Positions 12,812 to 27,189 are shown, counted from the stretch's first letter. The stretch: DNA of 64,000 nucleotides from Paraspadella gotoi (GCA_051294375.1 CM119264.1:21122645-21186644), one strand, 5' to 3'. Made by a program: numbers and translations. Notes: generated by a model not told the origin, from the letters alone.

Positions 12812-13209
12812 AAAAACAAGTTTGAGCAAACAATGTCGGATCTGCCCACGATCATTATCGGTAATTAATTAATTATTAATTAATAATTAATTAATTCAAG
12901 TTAATTAATTAATTGATTTGATCCAAAATGTTTGTTTTGTTTGATTAATTGACTGATTAATTAAAATTAAATTAAATTAAAATTAAAATTTGGTCAACTG
13001 GCAAAATTTTTTTCAACTTGTATAATTTGGTCAACTTGCTAAATGTGGTCAACTGGCATAATTTGGTCAACTGGCATAATTTGGTAAACCTGCATAATTT
13101 GGTAAATTGTTATAATTTGGTCAACTGGCATAATTTGGTCAACTGACATAATTTGCTCAACTGCAAAATTTGGTCAACCGGCATAATTTGGTCAATTGGC
13201 ATAATTTGG

Positions 13210-13240
<31 letters not shown>

Positions 13241-13982
13241 GAAAGAGATAAAAAGAAACTTTTAAAAATTGACAAAAATGTGTCTTTTTGTTTTCTGTTT
13301 TAAACTTTTTTCAACTCCTACGAATCGTAGTACGATTCCATCAAAAACTTACATGCAGCTTAATCTCATACCCAAATACAAAATTTCATTTCAATTTATC
13401 TATCCAATTTTTAATCAATAAATATTTATGAGTAAATATAAGTAAAAATGCTTCAAGTAAATATGACTTTTGTTTTTTCCATTTCAACTCATTTCCACTC
13501 GCACGATCATTAGCGGTAATTAATTAATAAATTAATTTGATCCAAAATGTTGGTTTTTAGGTCATTTCGTCATTTCGCCATGACAAAAGCAACGACGACA
13601 ATGATGGCGACGACGACAATAATGCCGATAACGATTGACTTGTTTAATTGATTGATTGATTGATTAATTAATTAATTGATAAATAAATTAATTGATTGAA
13701 TAATTAATTAATAGATAAATAATTGATTGATTAATAGACTAAATAATTAAATAATTATGGATTAATTAATTAACTAATTAGTTAGTTTTTTGCTAAGGTG
13801 GGATGGACGGACGGACAGACAGACAGACAGACGGACAGACACTTTTTTTTGCATAATTTTTCATAATTCGATATTCTGACATGATATATGTGAATGCCCG
13901 ACAAGTTTGAGGGGGCGGACCGACGGACCAACAAAGTGAATTATAGAGTCGGGATCTGCTTATAAGCAGATCCGACGAAAAA
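12812..13982 (-). mobile_element. Helentron/DINE-1-like element, family A, with internal 19-bp satellite
   Basis: Ends are AAACAAGTTTGAGCAAACAATGTCGGATCTGC and GTCGGGATCTGCTTATAAGCAGATCCGAC. Contains a GGAC/AGAC microsatellite and an internal (CATAATTTGGTCAACTGG)-like array at 12990-13210. Confidence 0.7.
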
Positions 13983-14641
13983 CTTTATATATCAATGTTC
14001 TCTAGTACATGACTGTTCATGATTAACTATTCGAATTTTGATCTGAAACTTTCACTACGCCTTACTCAACAAGCAAAAATCATTGTTCAATTTTTAAACT
14101 TTCGACGGGCGTCAAATGACGTAGTTTTGAAAACAATGGGCTCAAAACTGATTTAATGGGAAGCAATAACCTCTAAATTAACTAAAGACCGAGAAGACGA
14201 AAACGATAATGGACAGATTGACTCTTCGTATAAATGGTCAGCGACATTTTTCAAATGACATCTGGTTCACGAGAAGAAAGGAAGTCAACGAATAAAAGAA
14301 CAGCAAAACATCATCGATAATCGGGAATCTCAAATCTCTCTCTCTCTCTCTCTCTCTTCTCCTCTCTCTTCTCTCTCACTCTCTCTCTCTCTCTCTCTCT
14401 CCTCTTCTCTCTTTCTATCTCTTTCTCTCTCTGGTTTTTCTCTCTCTGTCTTTCTCTCTCGCAAAAATGACAAATGGAGACGATAAAAGACGTTCGACGA
14501 CAGACGCCGTTGATACTTATATTTTTCCAGATTTGTTGTTAGTCATTCTCGGTTGCATTGTCGTGTTTGTGTTGGGAGGGAGGAAGGGAAGAGGAGAGAG
14601 AGAGAAAGAAGAGATAGCAGAGAGAGAGAGAAGAGAGAGAG

Positions 14642-14681
<40 letters not shown>

Positions 14682-16137
14682 CCCCTCTCATTGATTGGTC
14701 ACGAGATTTTGTTGACGCTTTCCGAGCGGACATAGAATCTCTTACGACGGCGGTGAAAAAATAATTGAAACTGTAAACAATAGACGACGACGACGACGAC
14801 GACGACGACGAAAACAACGACAGCGATAACAATAACCACGACGCGTCGACGACGACGATAACGACAACGACAATGACGACGTTGAGGATGACGAGAATTA
14901 CGAAAATTAAATGAAATCACGTTGATTTTTTCCAACTTTCAGACTATTTTATTAACGGTAATTTTCCCATTAACGACCGATTAGATTTTTAGATAACTGC
15001 ACTTAATTTTGTAAAAAATGTTGTCTTTACTGGGTGATGGCGACCAAAAACGAAAATTCAATTGAAATAAGATTGAATGGGTTTAAATTGTTTAGAAATT
15101 TCTACTCGATGATTGATGTTAATCGTTAAAATTTTTAAAAAGTTACATATACAATTTAAACGTTCTTTAAAATGTTAAATTTCGTCTAAAAGAATCATAA
15201 TTCTTAGCTTTTTCTTTGAACTAGCTAATTCAGCGAAAAAAAAAACTCACAGGGATCCTGAAAATGATCAGGCAGAACCACTTCCGGCTCTGGCGGAAAT
15301 GGTGCGACTCATTCGACAATCGAACAGCAGAACTTTTCTCGGAGAAGTCCCCGGATTTTCGAAATGGGGGGGCTGAGTGGGTCGACGGGTCGAAGCCGCC
15401 AGCTTTTCTTTCGCCGTTCTGCCAAACCCCCGGATGATCTTCGCACGATTTTTCTCCTTCTCTTTTCTCTCTTCGTTTCCTTTTCTTTTTTTTCTTCTCT
15501 AATTCCTTTTTTTTTCTTCCCTAGAAGTAGCGTTACTATCTTCTGCTTTTAATTCCCGGGTCGCTCTTTCCCTCCCTCTCTTCCTTCGCCTCTCCCGCCT
15601 CTTCCCCCTCCTCCTCTTCCTCTACCTCCTCCTCAAATCTAAGCCTCCTTTGAATCATTAATCGTCATAGAAAATCCATTGTGAAGGGAAAAGGAGACGA
15701 CGGGGACGGAAGGGGGTCGGGCGCTTCCAAACTGGGAATTCGTTCGAGGAAGAGAAACGGAAGGGATCTCGAAAATTAGGGTGAGAAAGGAGAAAGGGAA
15801 AAGAAGGGAAAGAAGAAGAAATCAAGGAAAAGAGAGTGAAAGATCAAAATTCGAATAGTTAATCACGAACACTTTTCGAACAGTAGAGCGTTCAAAATTT
15901 AAGATATTAAATTCCATTCATAATTATTTTACTGTAATAAGGTCTGAAGAATTCGATGGTGATGACCATTTTTTTGTATAATTTCATCATTCTTGTCGGA
16001 AATGACAATTTTTAATATATATAAAATACTAATAAAATAGGGCAAACATTATAAGTTATGATTAATCAAATTATTAATTTTTTTTAAATTTACATGAGCT
16101 TTTGAAATATAAAAATAAAGACTTATATAAATATTTT

Positions 16138-16474
16138 GGTATCGCGAATTTCCTTTCGTTTCGTTGTGTTTGAATTAGTAGAAGAAGTTTGAATTTGTTT
16201 ACAACAACGATTTTATTGGTACATAGGGACGTACATGTTTCGGCTTTAAATTACAAGCCTTCTTCAGCGCCATAGAAAAATTTTTTGTTAATTTTTTACA
16301 AATTATTTGTGCAAAGGAAAAGTAAGAGAGAGAGAGAGAGAGAGAGGGGGGGAGACAGAGAGAGGGCAAAGTTTCAAACACAGAGTTGAGAAAAGAATAG
16401 TGGTCACATGTGAGGACAGGTTAAGGTGAAGACAGATTGAGCTAGATTGTGAAAAGAAATTAAGTGGTGAAAAT

Positions 16475-16523
<49 letters not shown>

Positions 16524-16587
16524 AAACATTAGAAACAATACATTGTGCAATGTACAACAGAGATAAATGATTTAAACTAACAGTGAA
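16138..16587 (-). mobile_element. Non-autonomous Penelope-like element with hammerhead ribozyme (non-inverted copy)
   Basis: Body shared with the other copies, hammerhead at 16228-16271, tail motif CAACGAAA, candidate TSD ATAAATATTTT at 16127-16137 / 16588-16598. Confidence 0.7.
16228..16271 (-). ncRNA. Minimal type I hammerhead ribozyme
   Basis: GGCG-CUGAAGA-A-GGCUU(GUAAUUUA)AAGCC-GAAAC-AU-GUA-CGUC: intact core, stem II, palindromic ACAUGU stem III, stem I GGCG/CGUC. Confidence 0.8.
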
Positions 16588-17729
16588 ATAAATATTTTAA
16601 CATTAAACTACTTAATAAATAATTGAGTATGAAATAGTGAAATTGAAATGTGAAAGGAAAGGGAGAATTAAGTTTGAAAGATATTAATGTGGAAAGTGAA
16701 ATTTAAGAATTAAGAAAGAGATCAAAATGAGCAAGGAAGCCTACCTAGTCCATCACATACAGGCTCAACCGATATGACCTCTCAGCCACTGACGCGCCAA
16801 TAACTCGACCACATCGTCACTGCCTTTCATTTCATTTCACATTGGGTGAGGGTGTTGTAGCTCTTGCAGACGCTGTTGTTCTTTAAACGGGGAATTTTAA
16901 TGAGGGAAAATAGAGACCAAAGGTGGGAAAGAAAAACGACTGTGGTAAATGAAAAAATGGAAAAAGGGGGCGAAGGATGAATGGAGGTAGAGGAAACAAA
17001 TGTCATGAAAAATGCAAGAAAAAAGAAGTAGGGAAGTAAGGAAAAACGAACCGAAGGAATAAGGAAAAGAGAAAAGGAATGTAGAAAAAGAAATAAAAAA
17101 ATGGGATGGAAAAGGTGGAAGAAGTAAGGTTAAGATGATCAGGACGAACGGATGTCGTTTCGGTCGAATCGTCTGCGAAAACGAGGTTAGAAAAAAAGGG
17201 AGTGAGGCAGAAAAAAAGACAAAAGGATGCCGTTAAAAAAATGAAGAAGAGGTAGGAAATGTCTAGGAGTTGTAGAGAATATCAGAAGCGATAGTAAATA
17301 GTCGAGAAAGACAAAAATAAAATAATGTAAAAATAAGGCAAAAAAAATCACGTAAAACAAAGTAAAAAACTGAAAGAAAAAAATATCGCCAAAGTAGACT
17401 GAAGTAAATGCGAACGAAGTCCCCCAGAAAAATGAACGTTCATCACTTCATGAGAAAAAAAAGGAACTGGTAATCTAAATCTTTTACCGATAGAATCACC
17501 GACTAATCACCGTCGATCAGTAACCACTTTCTCCAACCAATCTACGACAAATCACCGCCTTCAGCGCGCGGGTCAAACGACAACCAATCCCCGGAAAAAG
17601 ATCTGAGCGGGGAAGGGGATAAAAAGGGAATCTCCTCCCTCCACTTACGAATCCATTCGTCTTCGTCAAAGAAACGAAATGAAAAGATAAAGAGGAACGA
17701 CGACACGACCGGTTCGCGTATTTATCGCC

Positions 17730-17764
<35 letters not shown>

Positions 17765-18680
17765 TTCGACTGAGAAGTTAATTTTGTCATTAAAATCAGA
17801 CAACTGATATATATCCTGAATAATGTCAAATATTTTTTTAAAAATTTTACATCGTAAGATATAAAAGTTAAGGGTCTATTTGATTCTTTAATTTTACTAA
17901 CATTGGCTTTACCATGAATAAAAAAGATTTAAATTTAGATTTTTCTTAGTTTCCAAACAGAAACGAACTTGAAACATAACAAGGAAGAAACGAATCATTA
18001 AAAACACTACGTACGAGGTAAGTAAAAGTAAAGAATAAAAGAAAATGATAGTAATGACTAATGAGATGTTATTCTGGACGAAGAGATGAATCTTCGTCCG
18101 AGTTGCGGCGCAATTAACTCGAGACAGGCGCCTTTTCTTCTGGGTTCCGGCCAAGAATTAAAAAAAAAATATTTCTAAGCATTCTCTCTCTGTCTCTCTC
18201 TTACTCTCTCTCCCTCCTTAACTCTCTAACTCTCTCTCTATCTTCTCTCCCTCAATCTCGCACTTACTCTGTTTTTTTCGTTATAATTTTTTTCTATTGC
18301 ACAAAATCCAGGGTTAAATACATGAACCTATAGAAGTCGCAGTACTAGTACAACCGAAGAGCATTCCATCATAATTCAGATCATTGTGATATTCCTCTGA
18401 GTTATTTCAGTAGGTTTCTCTCAATCCAGCAGTGAAGGTATCGTAGCTGCAGAAACAAAAAGCATTTGGAATTCTCAATCCACCAATTGAAGGCATTCCC
18501 ATTGGCGGCTGAAACAAAGACTCCGGGGGCGATCCCTCCCATCCACGAGGCGCAATGTAATCGATCGCATTTTCGGTTCCTCTTTTTAGTACCAGAATCT
18601 CGCGCAGAGAAAATAAAATTAGAATTGCGGTCTTCGACGCCGTTGAGGACAGAGAGAGAGAGAGAGAACGAGAGAGAGAG

Positions 18681-18750
<70 letters not shown>

Positions 18751-19515
18751 GAGAGATTCAGAAAGAAAGGGGCGTTAAGGAGTTCGGGGTAGGAGCTTTC
18801 CACACGCACTGTGGTGCCCAATGAGCGAAAACTCTGCTTGCAAATGGCTCGAATTTGTTACATGTCAAAACCTAATCTTCCCAAGTGTCACCCGCGAAAA
18901 AAGAAAGCCGTCGTAATGCCGACTTCGCCTCTTTATTTCTCTATTTAAATATTCGCATCTGGTTTAGTTTAGAGAGAGAATGGGAGGAAGCGAGAGAAGG
19001 GGGAGACTAAGCCGGGGAAATGCTATTTTCCCGAGCGCCTTTATGATACACCCTTTGGAAATAGTCGCAATAACAATTTTTTTGTTGTTCAAATTCTAAA
19101 AGTAAAGTACATGATAACAGAGTAAATTTAGTTATATTTGATAGTCACTGAAAGCTGGTGAAAAAAAATAATTAAAGAAACAAGAGAAATAAACACAAAT
19201 AATAAAAGAAAAAATTGAAATACGGAAGCTAAATAATTTAAAAGCTGTAAAATGAGGAGTGTTAGGTCTTGTTTTCTATCAATCCGAAAGTAAGTCAGGA
19301 TTTTTCTTTTCATTTTTTCATTTTCCGATTAAAGAACAACGTTCCTCAAGAAATTCTTACAATTTTTCAGATTTTCAAAACATACTGATTGTGTCACAAA
19401 AAAAATTATGTTTTCCATCAGCTGACATGAAATTCGTTTGGCGCAGACTGAGTACAGAGTAAGACGATTATCCGCTTACAAAATGTGTGATTCGAAAAGC
19501 TGATAACCGCAGAAC

Positions 19516-19615
<100 letters not shown>

Positions 19616-20256
19616 ATGGTTGAGGGCGAAAAATTTAGTGCCGGGTTAAGAAAAGGGTTTATTACGGATGATGAAAAGAGCGGAAAATTGTAAAAATCGG
19701 TTTGAATAGGGTAAGGCGCTAAAGGGGGGACCGGTTGTGGCGTCGAGGGAAATGGAAGAATAAAGGAGTTGGTGAAGACAGATGAGGCTTTGTGAGGAAT
19801 TAGATGAAATCACTGGCTTCGAAATAAAATAAAAAAGTATTGTTATTTTTCCAGACTTGGTAGTTTACGAGAGCTTATGAAAATTCTATTAGTCAATTAT
19901 CAACATTGAACATGAACAACGTACCACCAGTGAACATTAATTTATAAAAAAAATGAAAATTTCATATTTTTTAATTTTCGCAGTAAAAAATTTCAAAATG
20001 GGCTTTTCTTATTTTTGATGACAAATCTGCAAAAAATTGTTATAAAAAACATTTTAATATTTTAACATTTATAGGTATATTACGATATATAAATAAAGCC
20101 TACTGCGTAAATTTCAAAAATTATAATAACTTTTTTATATATTAATGTTCATTAGTACTACGTTGTTCATTCCTCACTTTTAGAATTGTAATTTAAGTTA
20201 AATTTAAACTTTTTACTACGCTTTATTGTATACACGGTCGGTAGAGACTATGTAAA

Positions 20257-20366
<110 letters not shown>

Positions 20367-20755
20367 TCTCTAGGTCTGCATTGTTGCTGCTGGATCGAAA
20401 TAATTCCGGAAAGAATGGGATCGTGAATAATACATTGGATGAGGGAGAAATAAATTGGAGATTGGCCGATAAGGGAAAAAAAGGTATAACGCAATCTTGA
20501 GGAAAAATGGACACGGCGGAGAGAAAGACATCCGGGAATTCGAGACTCCGATGCTGCTGTTGTTGTAGCTCTTGCAGACGCTGTTGTTCTTCAAACCGGT
20601 TGCTCGATTGTTGATCTTTATTTTACAGCATACAATAATGTCAATTTATATAAATTTTTATATATTTAAAAATTGGAATACCTTTTTCAACAGTTTTCAT
20701 GTTTTGAACTTGTTCAAATCAATTTCCTATAAGTAGAAGTAAAAGAAATTAATCA

Positions 20756-20845
<90 letters not shown>

Positions 20846-21149
20846 TCGTTTCGATCCGCGTAAAAGGGCGAAGGTTGAGTCACCGAATTAAAGGTTTTAC
20901 ACCACACAATGAAATCAAACATCGGATGATTCGGATGATTCGGATGATTCGGGTCAGCGGCGTCGTCGTCGTCGTCGTCGTCGTCGGCGTCAAGCATTTT
21001 TATATAAAAACTACTACGCTTTTATAGTTTTGGCTGTGACTTACCGTTTTTTTTAAATAAAAATTATTATAAGTTACAATGAAGTTTTATAAAAGTGTGC
21101 GATCATAGTAAGTTAAAAATTTAGATATGGCTTCTCATCTTGAAATAGC

Positions 21150-21400
21150 TCTGAAATGACTATCATCGTATCAATGAATGATTATCATAACATCAATGAA
21201 TGACTATCATCGTATCAACCATTTGGTTATTAACACATCAATCATTTGGTTTTCATCACATCGATCATTTGGTTATCATCGCATCAATTATTGGTTATCA
21301 TTGCATCAATATTTGGTTATCATCGCATCAATCATTTGGTTATTATCGCATCAATATTTGGTTATCATTGAAGGGAGGCTCGATCCTATTCTTTTAAGAT
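21150..21400 (+). repeat. Minisatellite (TATCATCGCATCAATCATTTGGT-like)
   Basis: Tandem 19-23 bp units. Related arrays at 38625-38870 (+) and about 52440-52570 (-). Confidence 0.85.
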
Positions 21401-21542
21401 TATTTTTCTCATTAATATTTCGACTTTTGATGCAACCTAAATTTGTTTGTAGTGAGTCAACATTCTTCCCTTTTGCCTTATTCAAAATTTAATGTTCGAG
21501 TAAAGTCCGCAGAGTTATACTAACAAAAGTGAAATTTATTTG

Positions 21543-22468
21543 AAAACAAGTTTGAGCAAACAATGTCGGATCTGCCTACGATAATTAAGTGGTAATCAGC
21601 TAATCAGATGATAAAACACAATATTTTTTAAATTTTTCTTTTACTCGCATAATTTTTTCCACTCACATCATTTTTTCAACTCACATCATTTTTTTAATTT
21701 GCAGCATTTTTACAATTTGCGTCATTTTTTCAACTTTGTAGTCAGAAATTTATTTTAATTGCACTTTTTTTTTAACTTACATCATTTTTTCAATTTGCAT
21801 AATTTTTTAAACTTGCATATATTTTTTAAATTGCATCATTTTTTCATATTAATTAATTAATTAATTAAAACATTAGTAATCATAAATAATAAAGATTCAA
21901 GTAAATGTGACTTATGTTATTTTTCCATTTAAACTCATTTCCACTGGCACGTTTCCACCGAAACATTATATCAAGCTTCGTCACACACTTTCCTACCCAC
22001 ACACAAAATTTCAACTCAATCAATCCATCCAATTATTATTAATAAGAGTAATTATTGGTTAAAATAAGTAAAAAGATTTTAGTAAATGCGACTTATGTTT
22101 TTTCAATTTAAACTCATTTCCACCTGCACGATTCCATAGAAACTTTATATCCAGCTTCATCACACACTTTCCTACCCACACACAAAATTTCATTCCCATC
22201 CAACCACCCAATCACAAGTTATTGGAGCTTTTTGCTAAGGTGGGATGGATGGACGGACCGACGGACGGACCAACGGACGGACAGACGGACTAATGGACGG
22301 ATGGACGGACGAACGGACAGACCGACAGACAGACGGACGGACATCATTTTTTTGCTTAATTTATTATAATTCGATGTTCTGACATGATGTAAGTGATTGC
22401 CCGACAATATTGAGGGGCCGGACCGACGGACCGACAAAGTGAATTATAGTGAATTATCCGACTAAAAA
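21543..22468 (-). mobile_element. Helentron/DINE-1-like element, family A
   Basis: Same termini and GGAC microsatellite as 12812-13982, with an internal AACTTGCATAATTTTT-type array. Confidence 0.65.
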
Positions 22469-23275
22469 TATTTTCATTTTTTGGTTTCGGAGAGTCAATC
22501 TTTTGAGACGTGGACCAAGAGTGAAAACACCCTTGTTTATATTTATGAACAATACGAGTCTAACAAAACGGTGACAGTACGTCTAAGCAGCTCAAACAAT
22601 ATAAATACCATGATGGAAAAAAAATTGTTGCGGTTTGGAAAAGTCGTTTTATTTCATTGTCAAATTTTTTTTTGCGGGTTAATAGGTTTTAATACTTAAT
22701 ATAAACTCCCTAGGACTGAATAAAAAAATTATTTCTCAACAGCATTAAATTATTTAATGCATTCAAACGACGGACGGACCAACGGACGGACAGACGGACT
22801 AATGGACGGATGGACGGACGAACGGACAGACCGACAGACAGACGGACGGACATCATTTTTTTGCTTAATTTATTATAATTCGATGTTCTGACATGATGTA
22901 AGTGATTGCCCGACAATATTGAGGGGCCGGACCGACGGACCGACAAAGTGAATTATAGTGAATTATCCGACTAAAAATATTTTCATTTTTTGGTTTCGGA
23001 GAGTCAATCTTTTGAGACGTGGACCAAGAGTGAAACACCCTTGTTTATATTTATGAACAATACGAGTCTAACAAAACGGTGACAGTACGTCTAAGCAGCT
23101 CAAACAATATAAATACCATGATGGAAAAAAAATTGTTGCGGTTTGGAAAAGTCGTTTTATTTCATTGTCAAATTTTTTTTTGCGGGTTAATAGGTTTTAA
23201 TACTTAATATAAACTCCCTAGGACTGAATAAAAAAATTATTTCTCAACAGCATTAAATTATTTAATGCATTCAAA
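22259..23275 (+). repeat. Near-identical tandem duplication of about 509 bp
   Basis: 22259-22767 is repeated at 22768-23275, immediately before the N gap. Confidence 0.9.
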
Positions 23276-23304
23276 TATTTCTAAAAGAGGTTGTCTTCAA
23301 CTGT

Positions 23305-23329
23305 NNNNNNNNNNNNNNNNNNNNNNNNN
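23305..23329. other. Assembly gap (25 N) with overlapping flanks
   Basis: TCTAAAA..GAGGTT..GTCTTCAACTGT occurs on both sides of the gap. Confidence 0.95.
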
Positions 23330-23359
23330 TATTCTAAAATGAGGTTTTGTCTTCAACTG

Positions 23360-26300
23360 TTTTCACCTCTTTTTGATCAAGAGGACTATTCACATTATTA
23401 TTACTATTTATATTCTCTGATCTAATATTTTTTTCAGATTTAGTGAAAAAAAAACTGGTTCTTGGCAAGCAGTGAAAATAAGTGATCCCCTATAAAGTAA
23501 ACCAGGCTTGAGTTGTTGCTGCATAATGTGATTATTTTGATTTTTCTTTTTTTGGACTTGTTTAATATTTGGTTCTGATATACATCCACAGGTTAAATGA
23601 AAATGATAACTTTACTCATAGAAAGGTTACCCGGAGCCTTAACTTTATTGATACTTTACAATACAATACTTTTAATACCGTTTTTTTTTGTGATATTGTG
23701 GCGGTATATTCACACCGCCTCACGTCCACCATCCGTCAGCCAAATCCATTTGGCCTCAGAGGGGGAACACACCATCCCAGGCGTAGTGCTTCCATCCACA
23801 GTCCTAACGATTCCCTCTGTGTTGGCAAAGCGAGACCGTCCTAGGGTAACCGCGCCAGTGACTGCGAGGCGTCACTGAGGGTCGGAAAGCCCCCAAAGCC
23901 AACAGTGAGATGCCCATCCCAATGGGCATCACAGGCAACCTGGCTGTTGCCATAAGTGGTGAGCCCTACTATCGAACACGCAACCTTCTCAGGTACGCTA
24001 CGACAAACGCCTATGCCCTGCCGACTTTTGGGTACGCTACGACAAACGCCTATGCCCTGGGGTACGCGGGTACGACAAACGCCTATGCCCCACAACTCGC
24101 GCTCTCTCTCTCTCCCACTATGGTATCAGTCTTGTCAGACACCTCTCAGGCTTGAGGAACCTGAGTGATGTCTTGGCCCGGGGATCCTGTCGGCGTATAT
24201 ATCACACGCCTCACGTCCCACCATCCGTCAGCCAAATCCATTGGCTCAGAGGGGAACACACCATCCCAGGCGTAGTGTTCCATCCACAGTCCTAACGACT
24301 TCCCTCTGTGTTGGCCAAAGCGAGACCGTCCTAGGGTAACCGCGCAGTGACTGGAGGCGTCACTGAGGGTCGAAGCCCCCAAAGCCAACAGTGAGATGCC
24401 CCATCCAATGGCATCACAGGCACCTGGCTGTTGCCATAATATATGAATTAAGATTTAACCCTGAATCTATCCTAATGGAGATGATGAAAAAACCATTTGA
24501 CATGAGGCTGAGAAAGGACTGGGATTTTTAATAGTAATAGTTTAACTCAAAAGGTAATAAAAAACCGGAAATTAGTGTAAATTAAAAGTATAGATATAAA
24601 AAAAAAAGAAAGTATTTTTTTGACAACTCATTTTTTTTGCAAGGAACTCTTGAATTTTTTGTCGTACATAAATGAGAATCAGCTCATATGAATCACAAAA
24701 GGCAAAAGTTTTTCGATATCTAAATTTTTATTTTTGATTCTCATATGAAAATGCCGAAAAATAGCTGGAAAGTAACCGCGACAATTTTTTTTCTATCGTG
24801 GTAAGTTTCATAATTTTATTTATTTAATCAAGATGACCTGCAATTTTGTATTCCTTGCGAAGTCAAAATTTACGTCATGTGAGACGTAAAATGCGGAAGA
24901 AATAAGAAGAAATTGTATACATAATGTTTATTTAGCCAATAATAAAATAACTTTTTATTAAAAAATTAAAAACAGAGGTGAAAAGAAAATTCCGGAATTT
25001 TTATCATCTCCATCTCCATCTCCGGACATATGATTTTTCATTATTTTCTGGTGGCCTATCATCACAGATAGATTAAAGCTGTTTCCATCGCAGCGCCTCA
25101 GTGGACTAATGCACCATCCCAATGTGCGTCCCTGGTTCGACCCCTGAGGTTGACATGTAGAAAGTGGGATGGACCGGTTAACTCGCCTGAGGCTTAGGCC
25201 TGCTGCCAAAGCTCTTGGACTCCATGAACAATTGAAACATGCTATCTCGCTGTCGCCACGAGGTGACACCGCTGCTGCTGTGGCGCCCTGTAAGACCAGC
25301 CTCTTCAATTTCTTTAATTTTACGTTTGTTGCGGCGGTGAAGCACATCAATCTATCTTTTCTTAGGATCTCGATGAGAAACTCTAATCGGATGTTTATTT
25401 CGCAGCCCTGCTTTCCTGCTGGCCTCATGTGCTTCACGTCTCTCCGCCGTTGACCCGTGACTCAGTAGATCACGGGGCCGAGCACCCCTCCGCCATTAAC
25501 GTTGCATATGGACTGAAAACCAACAACGACTTCTTTCTCCCGAATTCGGAAAAAGGGGGAAAAAGAAAGGAAAAAAACTCCGGTCTACTTGAGTAAACTG
25601 AAAAGCAAATAAACTCGAATGTGTTTTTAGTCGGGTCTGCTTAATCTCTCTCTATTTCACCTCTTTTTGATCAAGAGGACTATTCACATTATTATTACTA
25701 TTATATCTCTGACTTAATATTTTTTTCAGATTTAGTGAAAAAAATGGTTCTTGGCAAGCAGTGAAAATAAGTGATCCCCTATAAAGTAAACCAGGCTTGA
25801 GTTGTTGCTGCATAATGTGATGATTTTGATTTTTCTTTTTTTGGACTTGTTTAATATTTGGTTCTGATAATACATCCACAGGTAAATGAAAATGATAACT
25901 TTACTCATAGAAAGGTTACCCGGAGCCTTATAACTTTTATTGATACTTTACAATACAATACTTTTAATACCGTTTTTTTTGTGATATATGAATTAAGATT
26001 CAACCCTGAATCTATCCTAATGGAGATGATGAAAAAACCATTTGACATGAGGCTGAGAAAGGACTGGGATTTTTAATAGTAATAGTTTAACTCAAAAGGT
26101 AATAAAAAACCGGAAATTAGTGTAAATTAAAAGTATAGATATAAAAAAAAAGAAAGTATTTTTTTGGACAACTCATTTTTTTTGCAAGGAACTCTTGAAT
26201 TTTTTGTCGTACATAAATGAGAATCAGCTCATATGAATCACAAAAGGCAAAAGTTTTTCGATATCTAAATTTTATTTTTTGATTCTCATATGAAAATGCC

Positions 26301-27189
26301 GAAAAATAGCTGGAAAGTAACCGCGACAATTTTTTTTCTATCGTGGTAAGTTTCATAATTTTATTTATTTAATCAAGATGACCTGCAATTTTGTATTCCT
26401 TGCGAAGTCAAAATTTACGTCATGTGAGACGTAAAATGCGGAAGAAATAAGAAGAAATTGTATACATAATGTTTATTTAGCCAATAATAAAATAACTTTT
26501 TATTAAAAAATTAAAAACAGAGGTGAAAAGAAAATTCCGGAATTTTTATCATCTCCATCTCCATCTCCGGACATATGATTTTTCATTATTTTCTGGTGGT
26601 CCTATCATCACAGATAGATTAAAGCTGTTTCCATCGCAGCGCCTCAGTGGACTAATGCACCATCCCAATGTGCGTCCCTGGTTCGACCCCTGAGGTTGAC
26701 ATGTAGAAAGTGGGATGGACCGGTTAACTCGCCTGAGGCTTAGGCCTGCTGCCAAAGCTCTTGGACTCCATGAACAATTGAACATGCTATCTCGCTGTCG
26801 CCACGAGGTGACACCGCTGCTGCTGTGGCGCCCTGTAAGACCAGCCTCTTCAATTTCTTTAATTTTACGTTTGTTGCGGCGGTGAAGCACATCAATCTAT
26901 CTTTTCTTAGGATCTCGATGAGAAACTCTAATCGGATGTTTATTTCGCAGCCCTGCTTTCCTGCTGGCCTCATGTGCTTCACGTCTCTCCGCCGTTGACC
27001 CGTGACTCAGTAGATCACGGGGCCCGAGCACCCCTCCGCCATTAACGTTGCATATGGACTGAAAACCAACAACGACTTCTTTCTCCCGAATTCGGAAAAA
27101 GGGGGAAAAAGAAAGGAAAAAAACTCCGGTCTACTTGAGTAAACTGAAAAGCAAATAAACTCGAATGTGTTTTTAGTCGGGTCTGCTTA
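23360..27189 (+). repeat. Tandem duplication of about 1.5 kb (23360-25642 vs 25656-27189)
   Basis: Both copies run from TTTCACCTCTTTTTGATCAAGAGG to TTTTAGTCGGGTCTGCTTA. They differ mainly by small indels and by the LTR element in copy 1. Confidence 0.9.
23697..24438 (+). mobile_element. TRIM-like miniature LTR retrotransposon (LTRs 23697-23954 and 24188-24438)
   Basis: Two direct repeats of about 255 bp (TGT...GCCATA), TGG-starting PBS-like site at 23957, G-run before LTR2, 4-bp TSD ATAT (23693-23696 / 24439-24442). The empty site GTGATATATGAATT is present at about 25981-25994. Confidence 0.88.

Noticed and set aside
12990-13210. Regular short repeats resembling a CRISPR array
   Set aside because: Head-to-tail satellite units without unique spacers, in a eukaryotic context with no cas genes.
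23825-23910. HDV-like or hammerhead ribozyme in the TRIM LTR
   Set aside because: CTGAGGG is not a CUGANGA core, and no HDV nested double pseudoknot could be built by eye. Only generic hairpins are supported.
24958-25453. 159-aa and 94-aa ORFs in the duplicated GC-richer island
   Set aside because: Frames are not conserved between the two copies and no motif is recognisable. It is more likely terminal exon/UTR sequence.
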